From Octopus vulgaris (Eukaryota): a DNA stretch of 64,000 bases. The notes under the pieces are model-generated. The model was not told the DNA's origin and did no database searches. It worked only from the letters and a program-made list of their open reading frames with translations. Location: contig OX597828.1 of the NCBI GenBank assembly GCA_951406725.2, forward strand, positions 44,764,001 to 44,828,000, read 5' to 3'. Of this stretch, positions 51,916 to 64,000 are shown one piece after another (the first letter of the stretch is position 1; each line of letters opens with the position of its first letter). The position numbers and the translations under genes are program-made.

Positions 51916-52939
51916 TATATATATATATATATCATCGTTTAACGTCCACTTTCCATGCTGGCATGAGTTGGATATATATATATATATATTTGTTAGAACA
52001 CCAAATGCTGCATCATTTATCTTTGAAGAACTTCCCATATGAACACACTATTCAGTGTTCTAACAAAACAGCCATGTTAAGCTGGACAGCTATATTGCTA
52101 TTGATATTAATATTGCATCTGTTGTCACTAATTATTTTTTAATAAGGCTACTGGCTACTTGCAACATTGGTGTTTGCAAAAGACACTGAAATTCTTATGA
52201 GATTTGGCTGTTATATTACTACCAGATGTCTGCTACTAAGGAGACTAGGCAGGTCGAAACCACATGGTCTAGTTATTCTAGCTCCCATAGCAGATGATTC
52301 TCATTTGCCTATGATATAAATCAGGGTGCTTTTTATAGACCATGCATCTGTATAAGAGGACTTCTCAAAGCAAACAACAGAGTATTTGGTGTTCTCACAA
52401 AACACACACATTAAGTTAGACATAAAGACTGCGATTTGGTATTAACACTGCTTTTGTTACTATTAAGTATACATATATATTTATAATGTATGTCTATATT
52501 CCATTTTCCATTTCTCACGCAAAATTTAGATTACTAATCCTTAAATAATAGGATAAAATTCTGTCAACAACAAATTTACATTTTTACACTATACTGCCAA
52601 ATATTACAGGACAAATATAACTCCCATCAAGCTTCCCTGTATCGATTTTCTGATTTAAAGGTTTTAATATTAATTCAGTTTTTCACCCAGAAATTATAAT
52701 ATCAATAATGTAAATATAATTACACACTAGCCATAAACCTTGGCACTTTACTTTGCATCAGATTTTCACAAATCTAGGTGCAAGCATGGCAGAGTGGCAA
52801 GAAGCTTGCTTCCCAATCAAATGGTTCTGGGTTCAGTCCCACTGAGCGGCAACTTGGACAAGTGTCTTTTAATATGAACCTGGGCCAATCAAAGATTTGT
52901 GAATGAATTTAGTAGATGGAAACTGAACAAAGCCCATCT

Positions 52940-52970
<31 letters not shown>

Positions 52971-52973
<3 letters not shown>

Positions 52974-53280
52974 CGTGATCACCGTGACCGACCAGGCTAT
53001 CAGATGTTGCTACACATCGCTGGTCACAATGCGCTTCACATTGTTTTATCCTTCAAATGACGCCACCCCGCTGGCTAAGCGAGCAGGCCAACAGAAGAAA
53101 GAGTGAGAGAAAGTTGTGGCGAAAGAGTACAGCAGGGATTGCCACCATCCCCTGCCGGAGCCTCGTGGAGCTTTAGGTGTTTTTGCTCAATAAACACTCA
53201 CAACGCCCGATCTGGGAATCGAAACCACGATCCTACAACCACGAGTTTGCTGCCCTAACCACTAGGCCATTGCGCCTCCA
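52971..53280 (-). mobile_element. tRNA-derived SINE family C
   Basis: Head ggaggcgcaatggcctagtggttagggcagc, tail gtcacggtgatcacggtg; second copy at 58585-58884. Confidence 0.88.
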
Positions 53281-53291
53281 CACACACACAC

Positions 53292-53323
<32 letters not shown>

Positions 53324-53542
53324 TCTTTACTCTTTTTGCTTGTTTCAGTCATTTGACTGCGACCATGCTGGAGCAGCACTTTTAGTCGAGCAAATCAAAC
53401 CCAGGACTTATTCTTTGTAAGCTTAGTGCTTATTCTATCGTTCTCTCTTGCCGAACCGCTAAGTTACGGAGACATAAACACACCAGCATCAGTTGTCAAG
53501 TGATGTTGGGGGGGACAATCACAGACACACAAACATATACAC

Positions 53543-53585
<43 letters not shown>

Positions 53586-53989
53586 AACACACATGCATGT
53601 ACATACATATATATATATATGTGTGTTAGACACTACTCGACTTTTCCATTTGCAGAAACACTTCGTCACATCTTAAGAGATTTATAATCATTGCTGTTCA
53701 GACAAAACTCACAAAAAATATACACGAATTTATTAGGTTTCACTCACTAAAACCATCTTAAGTTCTCTCTGAAAGAATTAAGATAATCTTAATTCTGTCA
53801 GCCACAATATATACTTCTTAAATAGTATCACTTTACTAACTAATGTAATTTATGCAGACATTCCTAAATCCTGTTTAACTTAATTTGCCAACTTATTTGT
53901 TAATATCAGCATATTTATATTCTCGTAATCATCGTCAACATGAACATCAGTATCATGTTTTGGTATATGTGACACACTCTTATATGATG

Positions 53990-54246
53990 TCATCATCATC
54001 ATCATCATCATTCAGCATCTGCTTTCCATGCTAGCATGGATTGGACGGTTCAACTGGGGGTCTGGGAAGCCAGAAGGCTGCACCAGGCTCCAGTCTGATT
54101 TGGCAATGTTTCTACGGCTGGATGCCCTTCCCAACGCCAACCACTCTGAGAGTGTAGTGGGGTGCTTTTTACGTGCCACCGGAACAGGTGCCAGACGAGG
54201 CTGGCAAACGGCCATGATCGGATGGTGCTTTTTACATGCCACCGGC
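53990..54246 (-). mobile_element. RTE-LINE 3' UTR fragment
   Basis: Same UTR motifs as 12115-12568. Confidence 0.85.
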
Positions 54247-54249
54247 GTA

Positions 54250-54286
<37 letters not shown>

Positions 54287-54295
54287 GTAATAATA

Positions 54296-54363
<68 letters not shown>

Positions 54364-54507
54364 AGTAATGTTATTTCTCTCCCACAAACATCAGCGTTTT
54401 TTAACTGCATGGCACCCCACCTGTTAAGCATCTTAGATGCAAAAACCTGATGTCCCTTGATGTTTCTGTCTGAGACTCCTGTACAATTAAAACAATGGCA
54501 AATAATG

Positions 54508-54594
<87 letters not shown>

Positions 54595-55289
54595 ATTATT
54601 ATTATTTTTATTATTATTATTATTATTATTACTTAGGCAGTGAGCTGGCAGAATTGTTGCTGGCATACTGAGCAAAATTCTACGTGGCGTTTTGCCGATC
54701 TTTACGTTCTGAGTTCAAATTTCACTGAGGTCCACTTTGTCATTCACCCTTTGTGGTCTCCAGCTTGCTGCCTTTATCAATAATATAATAATAACAATGA
54801 CATAAGAACGGTAATGATGATTTCTTTTATTGCTTCTAGTATGGCAAACAGCTGACATTACGAAAAACATCTAGCCACGCCCACCATCATCACCACCACC
54901 ACCACCAACAACAATAACAACAACAACAACAACACTGTCATTTTCACCATCATCAGTAACAACAGTAATAAATTGCCAGATGTTTGTATGGTTGTCATGA
55001 CAACAGTATACAGGAACAATGTAAAGATGGCAGTAAAAAAGTATTTTAAATTCTAACCAGAAATCATAAATAAAATTCCACTGCAGTGATGCAAAGATTT
55101 GGTTAATGTTCTGGGAGAGGAAGAGAAAGGAAGAGGAGGTGGGGATGTCTTGATATTCCTAATGTCCCCCCCCCCCACCACCACCACCATCACTCGTGTA
55201 CAACAATAACAACATTACCAACTACAAGACATTCCTGTACTATCATTGTAATAAAAATTACCAAAACAAGTTTTGATCACATTTAAACA

Positions 55290-56250
55290 TCACTAACCAT
55301 CAACATCGACACCACCACCACAACCACCATCACCACCACCACCACCTCCACTATGACCACTGCCACTATCATTACCTCCACCACCATCACCACCAACGCC
55401 CTTCACCACCGCCACTACGTCACCACTGTCACCTTTCATGAAGACGATGATGACCACCACCACCATCATCACCTCCATAACCATCATATCACAATCACCA
55501 CCACCACCACCACCACCAGCACCATCAGCATCACCACCATCACCACCACAAGCACCATCAGCATCACCACCATCAACATATTGCCACCACTACCATCGCT
55601 ATCACCAATGTCATCACCACCATCACCACTACCATCATCACCAACACCAGCAATTCTACAATACCCACCAACAGCCCCATCACCAATTCTATAAACCCCA
55701 ACAAATACCAACCCTATCGATTCCTTCACATCACATTCAACACCCCACCCCCACCGCCAGCACCAGCACCAGCACTACATCACGGACGCTACCACCATCA
55801 TCACCACTACAACCATCATCACCACTACAACCATCATTACCACTTCATTAACACATCGACACCACCACCACCACCACCACTACCACCACTGCCGCCACAA
55901 CCACCACCACCACCACCACCATAACCACCACCACCACCACCGCTGCTGCCGCCGTCACCACCACAGCCACCACCACCACCACCACCACCAACACCACCAC
56001 CAACACCAACACTACTGCTGCCACCACCGCCGCCAACACCACCGCTGCCAACATCGCCACCACCACCACCGCCGCAGCCAACACCACCGCCACCACCACC
56101 ACCACCACCGCCGCCAACACCACCGCCGCCAACACCACTGCTGCCACCTCCGCCACAGCCGACACTACTGCCGCAGCCAACACCACAACCCGCCACCGCC
56201 GCCACCACTGCTGCCGCCACCGCCACCCCCACCGCTGGTGCCGCCACCAA
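55290..56250. repeat. (ACC/GCC/ATC)n low-complexity tract
   Basis: Direct reading. Confidence 0.9.
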
Positions 56251-57070
56251 AGTCAGCTTCTGCTTTGTCTGTTGAGAAAACAACAGACAAAAACTGTAAT
56301 ACGGTAAATATGAAAGGTGACGATGTAGGGACCACTGTGTGAAGGTAGGGAAGAACTAATATCTGTATGTAGGTATATATACGAGTATGGTAAGAAGGTT
56401 ATTGTCTGTATAAGGTACAGGATGTGTAGTTGTTGTTGTTGTTGTTGTAGGTAGTGGTTGTGTGACGCAGTAAGATAGTTCGTGCATTTATTTACCATAA
56501 CACCGATAAAGCCTGTTGCTACTTATAAATTCCTTGAATTTTATGCAGCGCACCTGAAGTGGTTCTCAGAGAAAAGTTTATATAAGACTTTTTTATTTCA
56601 TTCCTTGCATTAGTATGTGTGTGTGTGTGTGTGTGTGCGCGTGTGTGTTAGGGCGTATGTGCATATGTGTGTGTGTGCACGCATGTGTTGCATGTATGGC
56701 TTGCGAAAGCGTGAGAAGGCAACTGACTGGTAGTGATGTTAAACCTTCATTATAGAATGTCTAGCAGTATTTATTCCAGTTCCCTGATCTATGAGCTGAA
56801 ATCTCAGCTGCTATCAACTTTGTCTATCAGGACCAATTTTTAGAGTACCAGTGAAGTACTGGGGTAAATCATTACCATTGTGGTTATTTTGTTGTTGCTG
56901 TTGTTGTTGGAGGTAGTGGTATTATCGTCAACTCATCATCATTATTATCATCATCATTATTATTATTATTATTAATATTATTATTATTATTACTATTCTT
57001 CTTCTTATTATTATTATCATTATTATTATTATTATTATTATTATTGTTGTTATTATTATTATTGTTATTG

Positions 57071-57140
<70 letters not shown>

Positions 57141-57146
57141 CTCTTC

Positions 57147-57389
57147 TACTCTTTTACTCTTTTACTAGTTTCAGTCATTTGACAGTGGCCGTGCTGGAGA
57201 ACTGCCTTTTAGTCGAGCAAATCGACCCCAGGACTTATTCTTTGTATGCCTAGTACTTATTCTGTCGGTCACTTTTGCCGAAATGCTAAGTCACGGGGAT
57301 GTAAACACACCAGCATCGGTTGTCAAGCGATGTTGGTGGGGGGAAACACAGACACACAAACATATACACACACATACGTATATATACAC

Positions 57390-57424
<35 letters not shown>

Positions 57425-57595
57425 CATATATATGACAGGCTTCTTTCAGTTTTGTCTACCAAATCCACTCACAAGGCTTTGGTCAGCCCAAAGCTATAGT
57501 TGAAGACACTTGTCCAAGGTGCCATGCAGTGCGACTAAACCCAGAACCATGTGGCTGGTAAGCAAGCTACTTACCACACAGCCACTCCTGCGCCT
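57147..57595 (-). mobile_element. SINE family A
   Basis: Full head and tail. Confidence 0.9.
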
Positions 57596-57620
57596 ATCAT
57601 TATTATTATTATTATTATCC

Positions 57621-57654
<34 letters not shown>

Positions 57655-57657
<3 letters not shown>

Positions 57658-58118
57658 CATCATCATCGTTTAATGTCCGCCTTCTATGCTAGCATGGGTT
57701 GGACGATTTTGACTGAGGGCTGGCAAACCAGATGGCCGCACAAGGCTCCAATCTTGATCTGGCAGAGTTTATACAGCTGCTTTTCATAACACCAACCACT
57801 CTGAGAGTGTAGTGGCAATGACTTTGCTCGAATCTTTTTACACATTCCACCGGCACAGGTGCCAGTAAGGTGACGTTGGTAATGATCACGCTCGAATGGT
57901 GCCCTTTTATGTGCCACCAGCACAGAGCAAGTTGGCTGCTCTGGAAACGATCAGGCTCGGATGGTGCTCTTGGCACTCTACTAGCATGGGCACAAGTGCC
58001 AGTAAGGCGACACTGGTAACGATCACATTCGAATGGTGCCCTTTTCACACTCAAATGGATGCCAGTTGTCGAATTTGATTTTGATTTCACTTGCGTCAAC
58101 AGGTCTTCGCAAGCAGAG
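57655..58118 (-). mobile_element. 5'-truncated RTE-LINE (3' UTR to ORF end)
   Basis: Homologous to 17476-17995; ends in caacaggtcttcgcaagcag. Confidence 0.82.
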
Positions 58119-58235
58119 TATAGTGACCAAAGAAGGAAAAGGTGCACATAAGCTGGCTGGTTATGCTTATGTGTGTGTGTGTGTGTGTGTATGTGTGTGT
58201 GTGTTTGTGTGTGTGTGTGTTTTTGTGTGTTTGTG

Positions 58236-58266
<31 letters not shown>

Positions 58267-58584
58267 CTGTATGTATGTGCATGTGTGTGTGTGTATGTGT
58301 ATATGTTTGTATGTCTGGTTTGGTCCCCACATGACCATCACTTGACAACTGATGCTCATATGTTTACATCACTGTAACTTAGCGGTTCGGTGAAAAAGAC
58401 CAATAGAATAAATACTATGCTTACAAAGAGTAAGTCCTGGGGGACAATTTGTTTGACTAAAAGCGGTGCTCCAGCATGGCTGCAGTCAATGACTGAAGCA
58501 AATAAAAGAATAAAAAGAATATATAAATAAATATGTATATATAATAAAACAATATATTAAATATACAGATATGTATGTATATAT

Positions 58585-58884
58585 CACCGTGATCACCGTG
58601 ACCGACCAGGCTTTCAGATGTTGCTACACATCGCTGGTCACAATGCGCTTCACATTGTTTTAGCCTTTAAATGACACCACCCCGCTGGCTAAGCGAGCAG
58701 AAGAAAGAGAGAGAAAGTTGTGGCAAAAGAGTACAGCAGGGATCGCCACCAGCCCCTGCTGGAGCCTCGTGGAGCTTTGGGTGTTTTCGCTCAATAAACA
58801 CTCACAATGCCCGTTCTGGGAATCGAAACTGCAATCCTACGACCGCGAGTCCGCTGCCCTAACCACTGGGCTATTGCGCCTCCA
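58585..58884 (-). mobile_element. SINE family C
   Basis: Homologous to 52971-53280. Confidence 0.88.
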
Positions 58885-59299
58885 CATGTATGTATATATA
58901 TATAATGTACTGTTCCGTGATGGTAAGATCAACAGAAATGTACTTTATCTGGTGACAGATAAACATTATTTGATAAACACAGTATGTTTTTTTATTAGCT
59001 ATGAATAGTTTCATGCAATGAGAATCTCTAAGGCTGCATTTTTTAAAAATACAACTCATGTGGCGATTTCACACAATCCACAGGCTGTGTTTACAAGGCA
59101 TAACATGCTAAAACATGATGCTTTCTTGCCTTTTCTTATTTATTTTTCTCTCGTCTTGTTGTCCTGTTTTAGCTTGTTATGCCATGTGGGCACAGCCAGA
59201 GGGTTGTGTGGTGGCACCAGATATTTTTTATTCTTTTACTTGTTTCAGTCATTTGACGCTGACCATGTACATGTGTGTGTGTGTGTAAATATATATATG

Positions 59300-59732
59300 C
59301 TGGCCATCCACTCGTGACTGAGGAAGACCATTGCCGACCTTCAGGAACATTGTGCGCTCTAGGACTAACTTATATTTTGCATTTGTGGCTCCGTTGGTGG
59401 CTAATGAGCCCTGCTCTTGACAAGCATACACGACTGCAAACATTGCAGACCAAGCTTACCCCATTCACTATATGAGCCATGTGCTTTCGCGCAGCCCGCT
59501 TAAGTCCTTCATGCTGGATACGTGCTCACTCAAAAGTGTCGATCCCCTCCTTAAGCTGCTGCCTCCATCTGTGGCGATGACAGGCATTGTTCTCCCAGTC
59601 AGTGTCCTGCATATCACAGGCCTTTAACGAGGACTTGACACAGTCCTTAAATCGCAGCCTTGGTTTCTGCCGGAGTCTCCTTCCATTCACAAGTTCTCCA
59701 TAGAGCATCTGCTTAGGAATCCTGCTATCCTT
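59300..59732 (-). mobile_element. RTE/BovB-like LINE 3' fragment
   Basis: DSRIPKQMLYGELVNGRR...PRLRFKDCVK...RWRQ followed by the C2H2 motif CNVCSRVCLSRAGLISHQRSH. Confidence 0.88.
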
Positions 59733-59760
59733 ATTAGAACAAAGGATATATATATATATA

Positions 59761-59900
59761 TTTCTTTATTGCCCACAAGGGGCTAAACATAGAGGGGACA
59801 AACAAGGACAGACAAAGGGATTAAGTCGATTATATCGACCCAGTGCGAAACTGGTACTTTATTTATCAACCCCGAGAGGATGAAAGGCAAAGTCAACCCT
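59761..59900 (-). mobile_element. SINE family B, 3' half
   Basis: Reverse complement of the family B tail. Confidence 0.85.
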
Positions 59901-60837
59901 GGATATATATATATATATATATATGCATATATGGGTACAGGACGTCACCTACTGTGTAACCAACATGAAATATGTAGACAAACAAGTTAAATAGGTAAAC
60001 AATAAGAGAAAAAAAATGGAAAACAAGACAAGTAAATACAGAGAAACAACCCTTTGTCAGTTGTCGGCTGTCCATCCGCTCCTCATTTTGAGCATTCAGC
60101 GACAATATGAGTGTTCAAAGACAGATGCTCCCATGAATTCTGAAATAAAATTTAGGATTTATGGAGGGTCAAAGTTGGGAACAAAAACAGAACAGTGGAG
60201 ACATACAAGGAAACCGTACGAAAAACAAAACATGGAGGGTCGTTAGACCAGAATTAGAGGAAAATAGTGAATGCTAGGAGAAATATTTTCTTTGGAAAGA
60301 GAAAGGATGGAAGAGAGAGAAAAAACGTCCCATGCACACACACACACACACATACACACACACACACACACATACACACACACAAATGGAAGCATACATT
60401 TGTATGGGTATCCGTGCATGTTTTATATTTCTACTTGTTTATCTATGTGACTCAAATATGTTAAAAACCATACGCTCTGTCTATGTATACCCAAACACAA
60501 ATACATACTGATAATATTGTGTAGCTAAATCCATGTATACACACATATAAAATACACATATAAAAATCTGTATACATGTACACACTCTGTATATGTGTGT
60601 GTGTATTCATATATGCGTTCTTGCTCGTATGAGTATGTATGTGCTATCTGCGTGCATTTGGGTTTATATATATATATATATAACGATGATGATGATGATG
60701 ATGATGATGATGATATGTGTGTGCATTGGTGTGTGTGCACATATGTGTGTGAGTGTCTATGTGCATGTATGTTTGCTTTAGTATGTGTGCATATATGTGT
60801 GTACATATATGTGTACATATACATATGCATATATATA

Positions 60838-60872
<35 letters not shown>

Positions 60873-60982
60873 GCATATATATCAGATAGATATATTTATC
60901 TATATTCATATATATCATATATATATCATATATCGTTTAATGGAGAAGAGAGAGACGAGAGAAATAATGATAGATATATTTA

Positions 60983-61023
<41 letters not shown>

Positions 61024-61455
61024 TATAGATAAATATATCTATCTGTCTATTTCTCTATCTATCTATCTATCTATCTATATATATATATATATATATATGC
61101 ACACACACACACACACACGTGCACGTACACACGCGTACACACACACACACATACATACACACACACACATATATACAAATACCCCCACCCATCCACCCAC
61201 ACACACATATATATTTATGTGAACAGTATTGAAACTTAGAAAATGTCAGTCAACCAGAATTAACAAGACAAGAGAAAATGACCATTCCAGCCATTTTAGC
61301 CATAAATTCTTTTTATTTCACCAAGATATATGATGTTTAATGACAGTTGCTATGGTACCAGGGAAATACGGTTCACATATAAAAATGCGTATTTATGTAT
61401 GTATGTGAGTGTGTATTCCCATGTATGTATTTGCATACATCTATGTACATATCTG

Positions 61456-62160
61456 ATGGTGCGTGGCTCAGTGGTTACAGCATCAGGTTTACAATCATGA
61501 GGTTGTGAGCTCAATTGCGGAGGCACAATGGCCCAGTGGTTAGGGCAGCGGACTCGCGGTCATAGGATCGCGGTTTCGATTCCCAGACCGGGCGTTGTGA
61601 GTGTTTATTGAGCGAAAACACCTAAAAGCTCCACGAGGGTCCGGCAGGGGATGGTGGTGATCCCTGCTGTACTCTTTCACCACAACTCTCTCTCACTCTT
61701 ACTTCCTGTTTCTGTTGTACCTGTATTTCAAAGGGCCGGCCTTGTCACTCTCTGTGTCACACTGAATATCCCCGAGAACTACGTTAAGGGTACACGTGTC
61801 TGTGGAGTGCTCAGCCACTTACACGTTAAATTCACGAGCAGGTTGTTCCGTTGATTCGGATCAACTGGAACCCTCGTCGTCGTAACCGACAGAGTGCTTC
61901 CACACAGTGAGCTCAATTCCCGAACCATGCTGTGTGTCATATTCCAGAGCACTCCAGTTCATTCAGCTGTAGAAATGAGTCGTGACATCACATGTGCCAA
62001 GCTGTATCGGCTTTTACCTTTCCTTTGGATAACATTGGTGGAATGGGGAGGGGGAGCCTGGTATGCATGGATGACTGTTGGTCTTCCATAAAAAAAACAG
62101 CCTTACCCAGACTTGTGCCTCGGAGGGTAAATTTCTAGGTGAAATCCCATGGTCATTCCC
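61456..62160 (+). mobile_element. Older tRNA-SINE interrupted by a younger SINE (61517-61906) with a 12-bp TSD
   Basis: gtgagctcaatt at 61505-61516 and 61907-61918. Confidence 0.88.
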
Positions 62161-62847
62161 TTTACCCCTTCTGACATGCAGATGCATAACTTATCATCAA
62201 CATCATCATTGTCATCATTAGCCTCATCGTTATCATTGCTGTCAACATCATCATCATTGACCACATCATCATCATCATCAGCATCATCATTATGATGTCA
62301 GCATCTATTTTTCCGTGCTTGCATGGTTTAAAGAGAATTCTTTGAGGCAAATTTTCTATGGCCTCATATCCTTCCTGCCACCAACTGGTTCCTTTTTCCA
62401 AGCAAAGTAATATTTCCTTACTCTCTTGTCTTATCTTGTAATGACATTCACCTGGAATGGGTTAAGCAGGCTCCTATTGAGTTGACGGCAGTCCATGAAT
62501 ATCAGTTGGCAGCGAATTTTGCAGCATTTTGAAGCCATTTCTGGTTCCAGTGATGAACACCAAAGACTTGAGGGCCAAAAGTTTGCTTCATATCTGCTGT
62601 GAATGTTGTGAACCACATCATAAATGCTCAAAATGTGGAGTAGATTAAACAGCCAACCACTGATAAAGGGTCATTCTTTATGTTGCTTGTCTTGTTTTCC
62701 ATTTGTTCCTTTCGTTGTTCACAAGAAAGTTCATATTCTATGTTTTTGCATTTCATGTTGTTTACGTTCTATGACGTCCTGTACCTATATATACATGTGT
62801 ATATACAAATATATGTAAGTATGTACATATATGCATGTATACATGCA

Positions 62848-63068
62848 TCTGGTGTTGCCAGCCTCCCCTGGCACCTATGCCGGTGGCATGTAAAAAGCAC
62901 CCACTACACTCACCGAGTGGTTGGCGTTAGGAAGGGGGCATCAGCTGTAGAAACTCTGCCAGATCAGACTGGAGCTTGGTGCAGCTTTCTGGCTTCCCAA
63001 ACCCTGGTCAAACCGTCCAACCCATGCTAGCATGGAAAACAGACGTTAAACGATGATGATGATGATGA
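62848..63068 (+). mobile_element. RTE-LINE 3' UTR fragment
   Basis: aaaagcacccactacactc...aaccgtccaacccatgctagcatgg...(GAT)n. Confidence 0.85.
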
Positions 63069-63393
63069 TATATATATATATATATATATATATGCATGTA
63101 TATGTTTGTGTTTATATATATATGCATATGTTTGTGTGTGTATGTGTGTGTGTGTGTGTATGTGTGTATATATACGTAGAGAGAGAGGGAGAGAGAGAGA
63201 CAGATAGATAGCTAGATAAATGAAATTGTATATAAAATTGTGTATATATGTGTGTGTGTGTTTGTATGTTTACATGTATATGTATATATCTTTATAGGTG
63301 TATCAACGTTTATATATGGTAGTACATATGTATACATAGCTATCTATCTATTTACATACACATACACAACCATATTTATGCACATACATAAAT

Positions 63394-63429
<36 letters not shown>

Positions 63430-63892
63430 ACACACACACACACACACTTACATACTGGAGGTCAGCAGAATACTAAATTCTGGCAACTTTCATGATTTAT
63501 TGAAGAATAATACAATTATCAAAAACCCGTAAACAGATTTAAGTGTATGTGATTTTTTTCATAGCCACGAAGGCAAAGGTCGTTAGTATTTATAAATGCT
63601 GAACGTTCATTAGTAAATTAACGAGCCCAACATTTGACCTCAAGATCATAATTTTCTTTCTATGCCACCACACTAGGTACTTTGTTGTTCTCGTGATTTA
63701 ACCCTTTCATTATATTTAAAATGTCTGCTCCTGCCCTTCTCCATCTGCTTGTATGCTCTCTAAATATATATATATATATATACATACATGCATGTGTATA
63801 CACACACATATGTATGTATATATGCGTGTATATATATTTATATGTATATGTATATATGTATATACATATATACATGCATACATATATATGTT

Positions 63893-64000
63893 TATACTCT
63901 CTTTTACTTCAATCATTTGACTGCGGCCATGCTGGAGCACCGCCTTTAATCGAGCAACTCAACCCCGGGACTTATTCTTTTGTAAGCCCAGTACTTATTC
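63893..64000 (-). mobile_element. SINE family A tail (runs off the window)
   Basis: Nearly identical to 1553-1665. Confidence 0.88.

Noticed and set aside
55353-56283. Gly-rich ORF resembling a structural protein
   Set aside because: (ACC/GCC)n tract with no signal peptide or splice support.
62430-62660. Unique-looking stretch as possible exon or transposase relic (also 39940-40440, 36760-37180, 11240-11397)
   Set aside because: Stops in most frames and no motif I can recognise with confidence.

Overview
AT-rich, repeat-saturated eukaryotic DNA. The tRNA-derived SINE families, RTE LINE tails and massive (TA)n/(CA)n tracts point to an octopus (coleoid cephalopod) genome; this is inferred from family resemblance, with no search run. 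Almost all ORFs in the supplied track are microsatellite or minisatellite artefacts. The only host-gene signal is two minus-strand exons (11577-11734 and 8463-8648). Together they encode a fibronectin-III-like domain followed by a transmembrane helix, i.e. part of a single-pass receptor. The second exon is frameshifted in this sequence, and its splice acceptor has been amplified about 20-fold into a 2.3-kb minisatellite. The rest consists of many SINEs, RTE/CR1/R4-like LINE fragments, five Tc1/mariner relics plus one full-length IR/DR Tc1 copy, and Helitron-type elements. There is also a dense population of short fold-back, Penelope-like terminal-repeat elements in (TA)n tracts, more than ten of which carry hammerhead-ribozyme folds (canonical, C4-variant and long-stem-II variants). 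Repeat boundaries were read by eye and are approximate unless stated as exact.
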